From an uncultured delta proteobacterium (GTDB lineage Bacteria > Desulfobacterota > Binatia > Binatales > Binataceae): DNA of 64,000 nt. The stretch covers positions 768,001 through 832,000 of the forward strand of contig CAWJET010000002.1 in assembly GCA_963842085.1 (NCBI GenBank). The letters are read 5' to 3'. The notes below the pieces were generated by a model. That model was given only the letters and a program-made list of their open reading frames with translations, made no database searches and was not told the origin of the DNA. The position numbers and the translations under genes are program-made. Positions 18,997-28,974 of this stretch are shown in pieces; within the stretch, counting starts at the first letter, position 1; each line of letters begins with the position of its first letter.

Positions 18997-19557
18997 TCAG
19001 TTGCACGCGCATCGCGTGCATTCAGTAGTGAGCGGTACTACATCCGAACGTGGCAGGAGGACATTTTGTCCCACTGAGGTCCCTACCTGCGCGCGCTGGG
19101 TAAAGGCGGTGCCATTGTAGATTGTTGGCCTTTGCTGGTTCAGCGTGGAACCCTCCGGCGGGATGTACGGTGAGGGCGCGTTGGCGTTCAGCAGGTAGTT
19201 TGCGCACTGGCCCCGAGCAGCCTGGCTCGCCAGAACATAGCTGGACGACGAGACGATGCCTGCCCACTCAGTCCACGTTCCCGGCGCCGAGCAGGTGCAT
19301 CGGAATGCGCGCGGCGTCGGCGCTGCGGTCGCGACACCGAGCGGCACAGTCCCCGGCGCGGCGGCGAGTGCAGGCAGCGCTCCGATCGTCGAGAAGGCCT
19401 GCGGCTGACCGGGAGCCGCGGGTGCAGTCAGTGGCACCGGTCCCGGCGCCGCGGTAACTTGCGCGAATGGCTGCCGCGACAGTCTTGACTCGCCGAGCGC
19501 CAGCACAAGGAGCGGGGACACTATGAGTACTCCGATTACCAGCCTGACAGCGCGCAT
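18997..19557 (-). CDS. Secreted Cys-containing hypothetical protein
   Basis: Hydrophobic N-terminus; Pro/Ala linker; CTC, C and CxxCxC. Confidence 0.6.
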   Translation of the reverse strand: MRAVRLVIGVLIVSPLLVLALGESRLSRQPFAQVTAAPGPVPLTAPAAPGQPQAFSTIGALPALAAAPGTVPLGVATAAPTPRAFRCTCSAPGTWTEWAGIVSSSSYVLASQAARGQCANYLLNANAPSPYIPPEGSTLNQQRPTIYNGTAFTQRAQVGTSVGQNVLLPRSDVVPLTTECTRCACN

Positions 19558-19791
19558 ACCATCTCCACCTGCGACTAGCGAAAAAGTCCGGCCGCGCTTG
19601 ATTACGCAAGACAAGCCTGGCGGCCTTGGCTATAATCGCGACCTGATTGGCGCCGCGCAAGCGCTTTGCTCGGGTTCGATTCGGCGCCGGCAACTCGATC
19701 TCAACTGCTGAGTACGATCGCGCAATCGGCGTGCGCGGAAGTGGCGGGCCATCGCGGGTGATGGCGACAGGTACCAAGGAGGTTCGTTCGG

Positions 19792-21690
19792 ATGTCCAGA
19801 CATAAGTACGTTTCTTTTACGATGCTGATTGTTTCCCTGCTGCTGCTCGGAACCTCGCCGGGATTTGGTCAGAATCCGAATCCGCTCGCGGTGACCGGAT
19901 CGCTGCCGACCACGCCGTTGCCGCCGCCGACTCTGACCGGACCGATCCAGATGCAGTCGGTACCGGTCGGGCCGCAAGAGCCGCCGCACGCCAGCGTGCC
20001 GCCGAGCGCCTCCAACCAGTTCGAGCATCATGATGATTTGTTGAACCTGCCGCGCATCTTCGCGCATCAGTGGTCGCTGACCAAGGAGATCGCGCCCGAC
20101 AACCTGATCAGCGAGCGTTATATGCGTTCGGAAGATTCCAACGTGCGCGGCCTGACGCTCAAGGAAGCAATCTACATCGCGATACAGAACAACCCGGCGC
20201 TGAAGGCCGCCGAACTCGACCCGATCGCCTCGATGGAGACCGTCAGGGAGGCCAACGGAACCTTCGATCCGAACCTGACCGCGCAGGGCGATATCGAGAA
20301 GACCGTGGTGCCGGTCACCTCGGCCTTGCAGACCAGCGGCAGTGCGTACGTGCAGAAATTTTACGATTGGAACTTCGGCCTCAACAAGGTTTCGTCGGTC
20401 ACCAACGGAACCTGGGGCGTGACCTTCAACAACGATCGTTCGCTGTCGAATTCGACCTTCGCCGGCGTGAATCCGGCGTATCAGCCGAACCTCGCACTCT
20501 CGCTCTCACAGCCGTTGCTGCAGAACTTCGGCTGGCAGTTCGCGACCATCAATGTCCGGATCGCCGAGTCGGGCCAGAAGCAGGCGCAATGGACTTACGG
20601 CCAGGCGCTGCAGGATTTCGTGCAAAAGATCGGCGGCGACTACTGGAACGTCGTGCTCTCCGAGGAAAACCTCCAGGTCGCGCGCGCCGCGCTCCGCTTC
20701 AATCTCGACCTGGTCCGCCAGAACGCGATTAGCGTCAAGGTCGGTACCCTGGCGCCGATCGATTTGCAGGAAGCGCAATCCGCGGCCGCCACTGCGGAGG
20801 CCAACGTTTACACCGCCGAAGCCAACCTGAAGAATTCGCGCACACAGCTTCGGCAGGACGTGATGCTCAATCCCTACGGCACCTTCCTGCCCGAGGAAAT
20901 CCAACCCCTCACGCGCCCAAATCCCCAGGAGCAGATTGTCGTCGATGAGGAGCGAGCGCTCGAGCTAGCGGTACAGTACGTGCCGTCGCTGGGCAACATG
21001 CGCGAGGCGATTCGCGATGCGTTGCTGCAAGTGAAGTTCTCGGAGAACCAGGTCCTGCCGCAGCTGAACCTGGGCGCGCAAGTCGGCCTGACCTCGACGG
21101 CGGGAACTACGCCCTGTCTGATCAGCAAATTGATCCCGGCTGGAACTGGAAACTGCGGTACGTCTGCCATGCCCGGCCTCAAGGCGCCCTTCGGCGGAAT
21201 TTACGGCGATGCGCTCGATCGCCTGTGGGGTTTCAGCTACTACAACTATGCCGCGGTGCTGACGTTTCAGATGCCGCTGGACAACGCCGTGCCGCGCGCC
21301 GCTCTGGCGCAGGCTCGGGTGCAATACGAGCAGCAGCGCGTGCTGTATCGAGCGGCGCTGTCGCAAGCGGTCGTCAATGTGGAGAGCGCGATCTCCAATC
21401 TTTATGCGGACCAGAAGCGCGCGGCCGCGACGGCGTCGGCGACCTACTACGCTCGCCAGTCGCTCCACGATGAGCAAGTGAGGTTCCGCGTCGGGATGGC
21501 GACGACGCACGATCTGCTGCAATTCCAGGAAGAGGAAGTTAGCGCCGAGGGCAACCAGGTGCAGGCCGAGGTCGATCTCGAGAACGCCAAGCTCGCGCTC
21601 GCCCACTCCGACGGCACGCTGCTGAGGCAGTTCAACATCAATTGGGAAGTGCAGAATCCGCACGAAGTGCCGTGGTACGCGGCCTTCTAA
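19792..21690 (+). CDS. TolC-family outer membrane efflux protein
   Basis: Signal peptide; LTLKEAI..A..NNP, QPLL, G.LA..D and RFRVG..T..D OEP repeats. Confidence 0.9.
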   Translation: MSRHKYVSFTMLIVSLLLLGTSPGFGQNPNPLAVTGSLPTTPLPPPTLTGPIQMQSVPVGPQEPPHASVPPSASNQFEHHDDLLNLPRIFAHQWSLTKEIAPDNLISERYMRSEDSNVRGLTLKEAIYIAIQNNPALKAAELDPIASMETVREANGTFDPNLTAQGDIEKTVVPVTSALQTSGSAYVQKFYDWNFGLNKVSSVTNGTWGVTFNNDRSLSNSTFAGVNPAYQPNLALSLSQPLLQNFGWQFATINVRIAESGQKQAQWTYGQALQDFVQKIGGDYWNVVLSEENLQVARAALRFNLDLVRQNAISVKVGTLAPIDLQEAQSAAATAEANVYTAEANLKNSRTQLRQDVMLNPYGTFLPEEIQPLTRPNPQEQIVVDEERALELAVQYVPSLGNMREAIRDALLQVKFSENQVLPQLNLGAQVGLTSTAGTTPCLISKLIPAGTGNCGTSAMPGLKAPFGGIYGDALDRLWGFSYYNYAAVLTFQMPLDNAVPRAALAQARVQYEQQRVLYRAALSQAVVNVESAISNLYADQKRAAATASATYYARQSLHDEQVRFRVGMATTHDLLQFQEEEVSAEGNQVQAEVDLENAKLALAHSDGTLLRQFNINWEVQNPHEVPWYAAF

Positions 21691-21711
21691 CGGATTAGTC
21701 CGCCAAACGAA

Positions 21712-21749
21712 AATGCGGCGCCGATCGCATCGCGATTCGGCGCCGCATT
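21712..21749. terminator. Bidirectional terminator
   Basis: 13-bp perfect stem AATGCGGCGCCGA/TCGGCGCCGCATT between convergent genes. Confidence 0.7.
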
Positions 21750-21769
21750 ATTACGCGCGCTGGAGGATC

Positions 21770-22120
21770 TCAACGATGGCCGCCACCGCCGTGACCGCCG
21801 CCACCGCCGTGGCCGCCAGCGTGCACGGCGCCGCCCTCATGAGCACCGCCGCCGCCGTGATAGAACACCGTATGATGGCCCTCGCCACTGTAGTGCCCCT
21901 CCCAACTATGGTGAACGTCGAATCCGGGACTGTAGCCCCAGCCATTTCCCCAGCCTCCACCCCAACCATATGAGTACGGCGCATAGCCATACGACGGATA
22001 ACCCCCGCCGTAGTAGCCGCCTTCGTCATAACAGCCGCTGACGCCGAATGCGATCGCTCCGAGCAATACGACTGCTCCGATCGTGAGACCCAGGCTGAAA
22101 TATTTTCCCTGTGAGCGCAT
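21770..22120 (-). CDS. Gly/Tyr/His-rich lipoprotein
   Basis: ATG at 22120; lipobox VSGC; low-complexity mature part. Confidence 0.7.
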   Translation of the reverse strand: MRSQGKYFSLGLTIGAVVLLGAIAFGVSGCYDEGGYYGGGYPSYGYAPYSYGWGGGWGNGWGYSPGFDVHHSWEGHYSGEGHHTVFYHGGGGAHEGGAVHAGGHGGGGGHGGGGHR

Positions 22121-22121
22121 G

Positions 22122-22628
22122 TCAGGGAACTCCCCACGCCGGCTTGCCGTCGTCCTTATAGAACGCCAGGCCGGGTGTCTTGCCAGCTGGAACATCGAGG
22201 CTGGTTCGCAGATGACCATTGGGGCCGTAGAGACCGAGTCCGGGTAGACCGTCGTCTCCCAGCGCCATGGTCGCGCGTACCTTGCCGTCCTGGTCGTAGA
22301 GGTCCACGCCGGGAGTACCGTTCGCAGCGAGGTCAACGGTAACGCGGGTACGGCCGGCCGGGTCTTCAAGATTGAACCCCACCGCGCCGTCGGACAAGAC
22401 GCCCATCGAGCCGCGCAGCTTTCCAGCGCTGTCGCGCAACAGGAATTGTTGCGCCTGCACCGTGTCGGGCACCGCCGAACTCGTCTCCGCCATCGTAAAC
22501 AGCGCACCGCAGAGCAGCATCAGCGCACCCGTCATCATTCGCAGATGCTTGTTACTGCGCTGGAGTTTGGCCTGCTGCAGTTCCAGCCGTGAAAGCCGTC
22601 CGATCAGTTCACCTGTCGATTGCTCCAT
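22122..22628 (-). CDS. Membrane-anchored beta-repeat hypothetical protein
   Basis: Coiled coil plus TM helix, then ~22-aa repeats (L.D..GK.R...G...DG.P). Confidence 0.75.
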   Translation of the reverse strand: MEQSTGELIGRLSRLELQQAKLQRSNKHLRMMTGALMLLCGALFTMAETSSAVPDTVQAQQFLLRDSAGKLRGSMGVLSDGAVGFNLEDPAGRTRVTVDLAANGTPGVDLYDQDGKVRATMALGDDGLPGLGLYGPNGHLRTSLDVPAGKTPGLAFYKDDGKPAWGVP

Positions 22629-22652
22629 AAATTCATCCTCAACCTGCGGGTT

Positions 22653-23063
22653 TCAGTGATGCCCCAGGATCGTCACTTGACGGCTCGCGAAGCGCCATCC
22701 CGCCGGCGTCTTGCGCAGCTTGTCGGTGTAGTATCCCACGGTCGATTGCTGCACCCGCCCGTCCTTGCAGTGGTAATAGAGCAGGTGCGCTGTGCCGGTG
22801 CCGCTGGCGCCGTCGAGCTCGAAGGCCGGATTGGCGACGACGTGGAGCACCTGCGCGCCGCCTAGCGATTCCTTGTACAGCGCCGCGAATCGCCTGAGCC
22901 CGTCGCGTCCGCTGTGCTTGCCGAAGCGCGGGCTCTCGAAAGTGCCGTCCTCGGTGAAGCAATCGATCCAGTCCTCGTAACGGCCGCTGTCGATCGTCCA
23001 GCAGTAACGTGCGTTGAGGCCGCGAATTTCCTCGCGATCCTCGAGTGTCCCCGTAATCGCCAT
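22653..23063 (-). CDS. SnoaL-like / NTF2-family protein
   Basis: LEDREEI..L.ARY...D, FTEDG, Y.D.L.K...GWRF. Confidence 0.9.
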   Translation of the reverse strand: MAITGTLEDREEIRGLNARYCWTIDSGRYEDWIDCFTEDGTFESPRFGKHSGRDGLRRFAALYKESLGGAQVLHVVANPAFELDGASGTGTAHLLYYHCKDGRVQQSTVGYYTDKLRKTPAGWRFASRQVTILGHH

Positions 23064-23105
23064 GGCGTCAACTCCCCGAATCGCCGCCCCTGTTCTGAGC
23101 GGCGG

Positions 23106-24320
23106 TCAAATCACGTTGGCCTCGCGCAGCCGCGCGACATCGTCCCACGAGTAGCCGAGCATCTCGGTCAGCAACAGCTCGGTATGCTCGCCGAGTTCGG
23201 GCGCATGCCCGCGCGGCTCTCCCGGCGTTGCGCTCAACTTAACCGGCATCCCGAGCAGTGTCAGATTGCCGAGCGCGGGGTGCTCGTAGTCCACGACGTA
23301 ATCGTTGGCCCTGACCTGCGGATCGTCGGGCAGGTCGGACACCGAATTCACGATCGTATAGATGAAGTCGCCGCGTTTCTTGAGGATTCGCATCCACTCA
23401 TCGCGCGGACGCGCCGCAAACACCTCGTCGAATATCGCGACCAGCGCAGCCGAATTCCTACCGCGGGTCTTGACATCGGCAAAGCGCGGATCCTCGACCA
23501 GCTCCGCTTTGCCGATAACTTCGCAGAAATCTTTCCAATAGCGATCGGGCTGGAGCATCGCCAGCGAGATCCATTTGTCGTCGGCGCATCGATAATGGTT
23601 CCACAACGGATTGTAGGCGTTGGCGCGCGTGTTGCGCGGAAATTCCTTGCCCATGATCGTCCGCGCGACGACGTTCAGCCCCTGCAGCGCCATCATCGAG
23701 CCCAGGTGCGACGCATCCACCTCCTGCCCGATGCCCGTCCGCTCGCGCGCGAACAGCGCCGCCAGCACTCCATAGGCGAGCATGATCGCGCCCATCTGAT
23801 CGGCGATGCCGCCGTAGACGTAGGTCGGCGTCGTGGTCCCGCTTCCGACCGCGTTCATGATTCCCGAGCGCGCCTGCCCAAGGTAGTCGAACGACGGCTC
23901 GCCGCTGTCCGGGCCCTCGGGGCCGTAGCCCGATGCGCTGGCGTAGATGAGTCGCGGGTTGTGCGCGGCCAGGTCCGCATAGCCGAGCCCCAGCCGTTTC
24001 GCGACGCCCTTGCGAAAATTTTGCACGAAGACGTCGCTGTGCGCGGCCAGCCGATGCACAATCTCGCGCGCCGCGGGCTGCTTCAGGTTCAGCGCGATAC
24101 TTTTCTTGTGCTTGTTGTTGGCTTCGAAATAGTAATTGCGTCCGCCCTTGTTGGTCGCGCTGCCCGCGACCGCGGTGATTCCGCGGCCCGGGTCGCCTCG
24201 CTCGCGCTCCTCGATCTTGATCACCTCGGCGCCCAGGTCGGCCAGCATCTGCGTGGCGACCGGCCCCTGCTGCCAGATCGTCCAGTCGATAATTCGAATT
24301 CCGTCAAGCGGACCGCCCAT
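23106..24320 (-). CDS. Family III CoA-transferase (CaiB/BaiF)
   Basis: PLDGIRIID, LADLGAEVIKIE, NFR.G, APELGEHT. Confidence 0.95.
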   Translation of the reverse strand: MGGPLDGIRIIDWTIWQQGPVATQMLADLGAEVIKIEERERGDPGRGITAVAGSATNKGGRNYYFEANNKHKKSIALNLKQPAAREIVHRLAAHSDVFVQNFRKGVAKRLGLGYADLAAHNPRLIYASASGYGPEGPDSGEPSFDYLGQARSGIMNAVGSGTTTPTYVYGGIADQMGAIMLAYGVLAALFARERTGIGQEVDASHLGSMMALQGLNVVARTIMGKEFPRNTRANAYNPLWNHYRCADDKWISLAMLQPDRYWKDFCEVIGKAELVEDPRFADVKTRGRNSAALVAIFDEVFAARPRDEWMRILKKRGDFIYTIVNSVSDLPDDPQVRANDYVVDYEHPALGNLTLLGMPVKLSATPGEPRGHAPELGEHTELLLTEMLGYSWDDVARLREANVI

Positions 24321-24379
24321 GCTTTTCTCTATAGCACAACCCCCTTGAGTTTGGACGCCGCCGGACGCATCAATCATAT

Positions 24380-25120
24380 ATGCCTGCGCTCGCCCAGGTC
24401 CTCGACTTTCTTTATCCTCCCCGATGCACCGCGTGTGGAACGCGGCTCGCATCCGAAGCGGGACAACGACAGCGGGTTTGCGCGCGATGCGTGGCGCGAG
24501 TCGAGCGGATGCCGGAGCCGCGCTGCGAAGTTTGCGGCGGACCGCTCGAGTCCGCCGTCAGCGACGCGACGCGATGCGCCCGATGCCTCGCGCATCCGCC
24601 GCGCTATCGAATCGCGCGCACGATCGCGCGTTATCGCACCACCGCCGAGGACGAACCTGGCAGCCTGCCGGCGCTGATTCGCCGTCACAAGTACGGCCTC
24701 GATCAATCGGTTGGGCGGGCGCTGGTGGAGTACATCGGCGACGAGCTGCCGGTGTCGGCCGGCGACTACGACATCGTCATCCCCGTGCCGTTGCATTGGC
24801 GGCGCTTGTGGTGGCGCGGATTCAACCAGGCCGCGCTGCTTGCCGCGGAGGTGGCAAGGCGTCTCGACCTTCCGTTGGATACCACCGCGATGTCACGCCG
24901 GCGCTTCACACCGCCGCAGACCGCGCGCCATCATGGCGAGCGAATCAAGAACGTGCGCCGCGCGTTCGCGGTCACGCATCCCGAACGCATCAGGAATCGC
25001 CGCGTACTGATCGTCGATGACGTCATGACCACGGGCGCCACCGTCGATGAATGCGCGCGGGTGCTGATCGCGGCAGGCGCGGCTTGCGTGGACGTCTTCA
25101 CGCTCGCGCGCGTGCTATGA
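24380..25120 (+). CDS. comF: ComF-family double zinc ribbon / phosphoribosyltransferase
   Basis: Four CxxC motifs, PVPLH..R...RGFNQ, VDDVMTTGAT. Confidence 0.9.
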   Translation: MPALAQVLDFLYPPRCTACGTRLASEAGQRQRVCARCVARVERMPEPRCEVCGGPLESAVSDATRCARCLAHPPRYRIARTIARYRTTAEDEPGSLPALIRRHKYGLDQSVGRALVEYIGDELPVSAGDYDIVIPVPLHWRRLWWRGFNQAALLAAEVARRLDLPLDTTAMSRRRFTPPQTARHHGERIKNVRRAFAVTHPERIRNRRVLIVDDVMTTGATVDECARVLIAAGAACVDVFTLARVL

Positions 25121-25692
25121 GCGAACCGCAACGGGCCGACTGGGACGAGCGCCATCGCGGCAAGCCGGCGGGCGAAGCGGAGCCGTTCCTGGCGGAGATG
25201 CTCGCGCGGATACCCCGCGGCGTCGCGCTCGACGTCGTCGCCGGACGGGGGCGCAACGCGCTCGCGCTTGCGCGAGCGGGGCTGGCGGTGGTCGCGGTTG
25301 ATTTCTCATCCGAAGCGATGCGCCTGCTGGCCGCGACGGCGCGGACCGCGCGGCTGGCCATCTGGCCCGTGGTCGCAAACTTGGCTAGCTTTCACCTCAA
25401 GGACGAGTCTTTCGACGCGATAGTGAATATTAATTTCCTTGACCGCGCGATCTTCCAGAAATTTGCGCGCGCTCTCCGGCCCGGCGGCATTTTGATCGCC
25501 GATACGTTCCTGGTTGACCAGGCTAAGATCGGTCATCCGCACGATCCGCGCTTTCTGCTCGCGCACGGCGAGCTTCGCGCGCTCGCGGGAGGACTCGAGA
25601 TCGAAGAATACCGCGAAGGGTTGGTCACGCATGCAAACGGCGAGCGAGCCTTTCGCGCGTCGATGGCGGCGCGGCGGAGGAAATCGAGCTGA
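25117..25692 (+). CDS. Class I SAM-dependent methyltransferase (TehB-like)
   Basis: WDER, LDV.AG.GRN, AVDFS, LRPGG; ATGA overlap with comF. Confidence 0.85.
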   Translation: MSEPQRADWDERHRGKPAGEAEPFLAEMLARIPRGVALDVVAGRGRNALALARAGLAVVAVDFSSEAMRLLAATARTARLAIWPVVANLASFHLKDESFDAIVNINFLDRAIFQKFARALRPGGILIADTFLVDQAKIGHPHDPRFLLAHGELRALAGGLEIEEYREGLVTHANGERAFRASMAARRRKSS

Positions 25693-26726
25693 TGGCGCCC
25701 GGGATGACATACAAAGCCGCCGGCGTCGATATCGCGCTGAAGCAGAGCCTGATTCCGCTCTTCGGTTCGATCGCCAGGGCTACTTCGGGTGCGCACGTGA
25801 TTGGCGGAGTCGGCGGATTCGGCGCGCTGGTTGGACTCAACGGCGCCCGCAAGATGCGCGCGCCGGTACTGGTCGCGGGAACAGACAGCGTCGGCACCAA
25901 GCTCATGATCGCGTTCGCGACCGGGCGTCACGACACCGTCGGCATCGACTGCGTCGCGATGTGCGTGAACGACATCATCTGCCACGCGGCGCGCCCGCTG
26001 TTCTTTCTCGATTACATCGGCTCCGGCAAGCTCGAAAAGAAAATCGCGCTCGATATCGTCAAGGGCGTCGCGCACGGATGCATCCAGGCCGGCATGAGCC
26101 TGGTCGGTGGCGAGACCGCGCAGCTCAGCGGACTGTACAAGCCCGGCGAGTACGACCTGGCCGGCTTCGCGGTGGGAATAGTCGAGCGCGCGCGAATTCC
26201 CGAGCCGTCGAACGTGCACGCCGGCGACGTGCTTATAGGAATCGCGTCCAGCGGCCTTCACTCTAACGGTTTTTCACTGGTGCGCCGCGTTCTGCGACAG
26301 GCGAAACTCAAGCTGGGCGCGCACGTCGCCGAACTGGGATGCACGCTCGGCGAGGAACTCCTGCGTCCCACGCTTATCTACGCGCGTGTCGTAGTCGAAC
26401 TGTTCGGACGCTTTAGAATAAATGGTCTCGCCAATATCACCGGCGGCGGCGTGCTCGAGAACCTGCCGCGCGTGATGCCCGCAAACACCCGCGCGATCGT
26501 CGAACGTGGCAGTTGGCCGGCGCCGCCCATCTTCGCCTTGATCCAGCGTCTTGGCAAAATCTCCCGCGCCGAAATGGATCGCACCTTCAACAATGGCCTC
26601 GGGATGGTCGCGATCGTGCCCGCGCGCGAGGCTGATCGCGTCGTCGCTCATTTGCGCCGGCGCGAATATGCGGCTTATGTTGTCGGCGAAGTAAGGCGCG
26701 GCCAGCGCGGAGTGTCGATTCGCTGA
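25692..26726 (+). CDS. purM: Phosphoribosylformylglycinamidine cyclo-ligase
   Basis: YKAAGVD, GIDCVAM.VND, GGETA, SSGLHSNGFSL, TFN.G.G. Confidence 0.97.
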   Translation: MAPGMTYKAAGVDIALKQSLIPLFGSIARATSGAHVIGGVGGFGALVGLNGARKMRAPVLVAGTDSVGTKLMIAFATGRHDTVGIDCVAMCVNDIICHAARPLFFLDYIGSGKLEKKIALDIVKGVAHGCIQAGMSLVGGETAQLSGLYKPGEYDLAGFAVGIVERARIPEPSNVHAGDVLIGIASSGLHSNGFSLVRRVLRQAKLKLGAHVAELGCTLGEELLRPTLIYARVVVELFGRFRINGLANITGGGVLENLPRVMPANTRAIVERGSWPAPPIFALIQRLGKISRAEMDRTFNNGLGMVAIVPAREADRVVAHLRRREYAAYVVGEVRRGQRGVSIR

Positions 26727-26741
26727 GCCGCGACTAATTCG

Positions 26742-27410
26742 ATGGCGCAAAATCCGACGGTCAAACTCGGCGTCCTGATTTCCGGCAGCGGCACCAATCT
26801 GCAAGCCATTATCGACGCGATTCTGCGCGGCGAGCTCAAGGCCAAAATCCGTCTCGTCATATCCAATCGCGCCGACGCGCAAGGACTCGAGCGCGCCCGC
26901 CGCCACGGAATCGCGACGACGGTCATCGACAACCGCGAGTTTCCCTCGCGCGAGGACTTCGACCGCGCCGTGCTCGCCGCGCTGCGCGATCGCTCCGTCG
27001 AGCTGGTGGCGTTGGCGGGCTTCATGCGCCTGCTGTCGTCGGTGATGCTCGAGGCATTTCCCGGACGCATCATGAATATCCACAACAGCCTGCTGCCGTC
27101 GTTTCCCGGCATTCATGGGCCGCGGGACGCGATCGAATACGGCGTCAAGATCGCAGGATGCACCGTCTTCTTCGTCACGCCGGGCGTCGATGTCGGCCCG
27201 GTGATCGTGCAAGCGGCTGTGCCCGTGCTGCCCGGCGACGACGAACAACGGCTCGCGGCGCGAATCCTCACCCAGGAGCATCGCATCTTTCCGCACGCGA
27301 TCGCGCTCTTCCAGCAGGGCCGTCTCGAGATCCAGGGTCGCCACGTGATCATCAAGGGCGACTCGTCCAAGCCGAGTTCGGCGCCGCTGGTGAATCCTCC
27401 AGTGGATTGA
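26742..27410 (+). CDS. purN: Phosphoribosylglycinamide formyltransferase
   Basis: ISGSGTNLQA, LAGFM, NIH.SLLP.FPG, EH. Confidence 0.96.
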   Translation: MAQNPTVKLGVLISGSGTNLQAIIDAILRGELKAKIRLVISNRADAQGLERARRHGIATTVIDNREFPSREDFDRAVLAALRDRSVELVALAGFMRLLSSVMLEAFPGRIMNIHNSLLPSFPGIHGPRDAIEYGVKIAGCTVFFVTPGVDVGPVIVQAAVPVLPGDDEQRLAARILTQEHRIFPHAIALFQQGRLEIQGRHVIIKGDSSKPSSAPLVNPPVD

Positions 27411-28102
27411 TTCGGAAATTGAAAACACTTTCGGTAATCGTGCCGATGCTCAACGAAGCGGCCACGATCGCGGGCACGCTCGACGCGCTTCGCCGCGGCG
27501 CTCCCGACGCGGAGATCGTCGTGGTTGACGGCGGCAGCACCGACTTGAGCATTGCGACCGCTCGGCCGTTGTGCGACGCGGTGATCAGCGCATCGCGCGG
27601 CCGCGCCCAGCAGATGAACGCCGGCGCGCGCGCGTCGCGCGGCGAGGTATTGGCTTTCGTGCATGCGGACACGATCGTGCCGCAGACTTTTGCCGCCGAC
27701 ATCGCGTCGGCGCTGTCCGATCCCGCGGTAGTCGGCGGACGCTTCGACGTCAAACTCGACTCAAGCGCCCTGCCCTTCCGGATTATCGGTGCGATGATCA
27801 GCCTGCGCTCGCGAATCAGCCGCACCGGCACCGGCGACCAGGCGATCTTCGTGCGACGCGACGTTTTCGATCGCCTCGGCGGTTTCCCTGCGCTGGAGCT
27901 GTGCGAAGACCTCGAATTCTCGCGACGCTTGAAGCGCGCCGGACGCGTCGTCTGCCTGCGCGCGCGGGTGACAACGTCGGCACGTCGATGGCATCGCGAC
28001 GGAGTCATCCGCACCGTCATCCGAATGTGGCTGATTCGCGCGATGTACCTGATGGGTGTGCCGCCCGCTCGCCTGAAACGGATGTACGCCGATACCCGCT
28101 AG
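27407..28102 (+). CDS. GT2 glycosyltransferase (TIGR04283-like)
   Basis: LSVIVP.LNE, VDGGS.D, GRA.QMN.GA, HAD, GDQ, ED, TSARRW. Confidence 0.88.
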   Translation: MIRKLKTLSVIVPMLNEAATIAGTLDALRRGAPDAEIVVVDGGSTDLSIATARPLCDAVISASRGRAQQMNAGARASRGEVLAFVHADTIVPQTFAADIASALSDPAVVGGRFDVKLDSSALPFRIIGAMISLRSRISRTGTGDQAIFVRRDVFDRLGGFPALELCEDLEFSRRLKRAGRVVCLRARVTTSARRWHRDGVIRTVIRMWLIRAMYLMGVPPARLKRMYADTR

Positions 28103-28164
28103 CCGCGGCGCGATACTGGACAGACTTTTTCGCTCGAATAAGAATGGCTCCAGCGAGGTACGAC

Positions 28165-28434
28165 GTGGCGAAAGTCGAAGTGTACACAACCACCTATTGC
28201 CCGTTCTGCACGCGGGCCAAGAACCTGCTCAAGAACAAGCGCGTCGCTTTCGATGAAATCGACGTCACCGACGACGACGAGTTGCGCGCGAAGATGATCG
28301 AGATGTCCGGCGGACGCCGCACCGTCCCCGAAATTTTCATCAACGGCAAGATCGTCGGCGGTTTCGACGAATTGAAGGCGCTCGACGACTCCGGAAAGCT
28401 CGACGGTCTATTGGCTGAGTCGGCGCCAGCCTGA
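28165..28434 (+). CDS. grxC: Glutaredoxin 3
   Basis: YTTTYCPFC, TVPEIFI, GGFDEL. Confidence 0.93.
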   Translation: MAKVEVYTTTYCPFCTRAKNLLKNKRVAFDEIDVTDDDELRAKMIEMSGGRRTVPEIFINGKIVGGFDELKALDDSGKLDGLLAESAPA

Positions 28435-28475
28435 AAGCGTCACCGCCCGGCGTTCAACGATTTGTTAAAATAGAG

Positions 28476-28506
28476 ACCGGCGCATCACGTGTCGCGACGC
28501 GCCGGT
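28476..28506. terminator. Hairpin between convergent genes
   Basis: ACCGGCGC...GCGCCGGT. Confidence 0.5.
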
Positions 28507-28530
28507 GCTGCGATAGCTTTTAGCGAGCGG

Positions 28531-28974
28531 TCAGTTGTTGTTCGGCGAAGCGACCAATCCCTCGTTCATATGATGCAAGGCTTCGCGGTCAACCGACGAA
28601 TCGTATTGAATCGCCTTGGCGCTGACCGTGACCTGCGAGCCGTCGGCCGAGACCGTGTCGTTCTCGTTGACGATCGCGTCGATAGTGTCGGGCCATTTTG
28701 CATAGGCCATCGCCTTCAGCTTGTCGCTGATCTTCTCCTCATCGATCGCGTCGGGCGAAAACGGCACCGTGTAGGTCAGGTCGCCAAGCGTCGTGTATGG
28801 CTTGCCCGGCGGCGGCGCTTCGGTGGTGACCCAGATATGCGCCATGTCAACGCGATGCACGAACACCTGCTGCTTCTGTACTTCTTCCTGGCGAGCAGCT
28901 TCAACGGCGGCGCAGCCGGAAATCCCCAGCGCCAGTCCAATCGCCAACCATGTTAGAATTTTCGATGAACGCAT
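28531..28974 (-). CDS. Hypothetical lipoprotein
   Basis: Lipobox ISGC; GAGGA RBS. Confidence 0.75.
   Translation of the reverse strand: MRSSKILTWLAIGLALGISGCAAVEAARQEEVQKQQVFVHRVDMAHIWVTTEAPPPGKPYTTLGDLTYTVPFSPDAIDEEKISDKLKAMAYAKWPDTIDAIVNENDTVSADGSQVTVSAKAIQYDSSVDREALHHMNEGLVASPNNN

Noticed and set aside
22914-24677. 587-aa plus-strand ORF, and similar long antisense ORFs over uvrB, uvrA, purMN and the antiporter
   Set aside because: Antisense to well-supported genes, with no motifs of their own.
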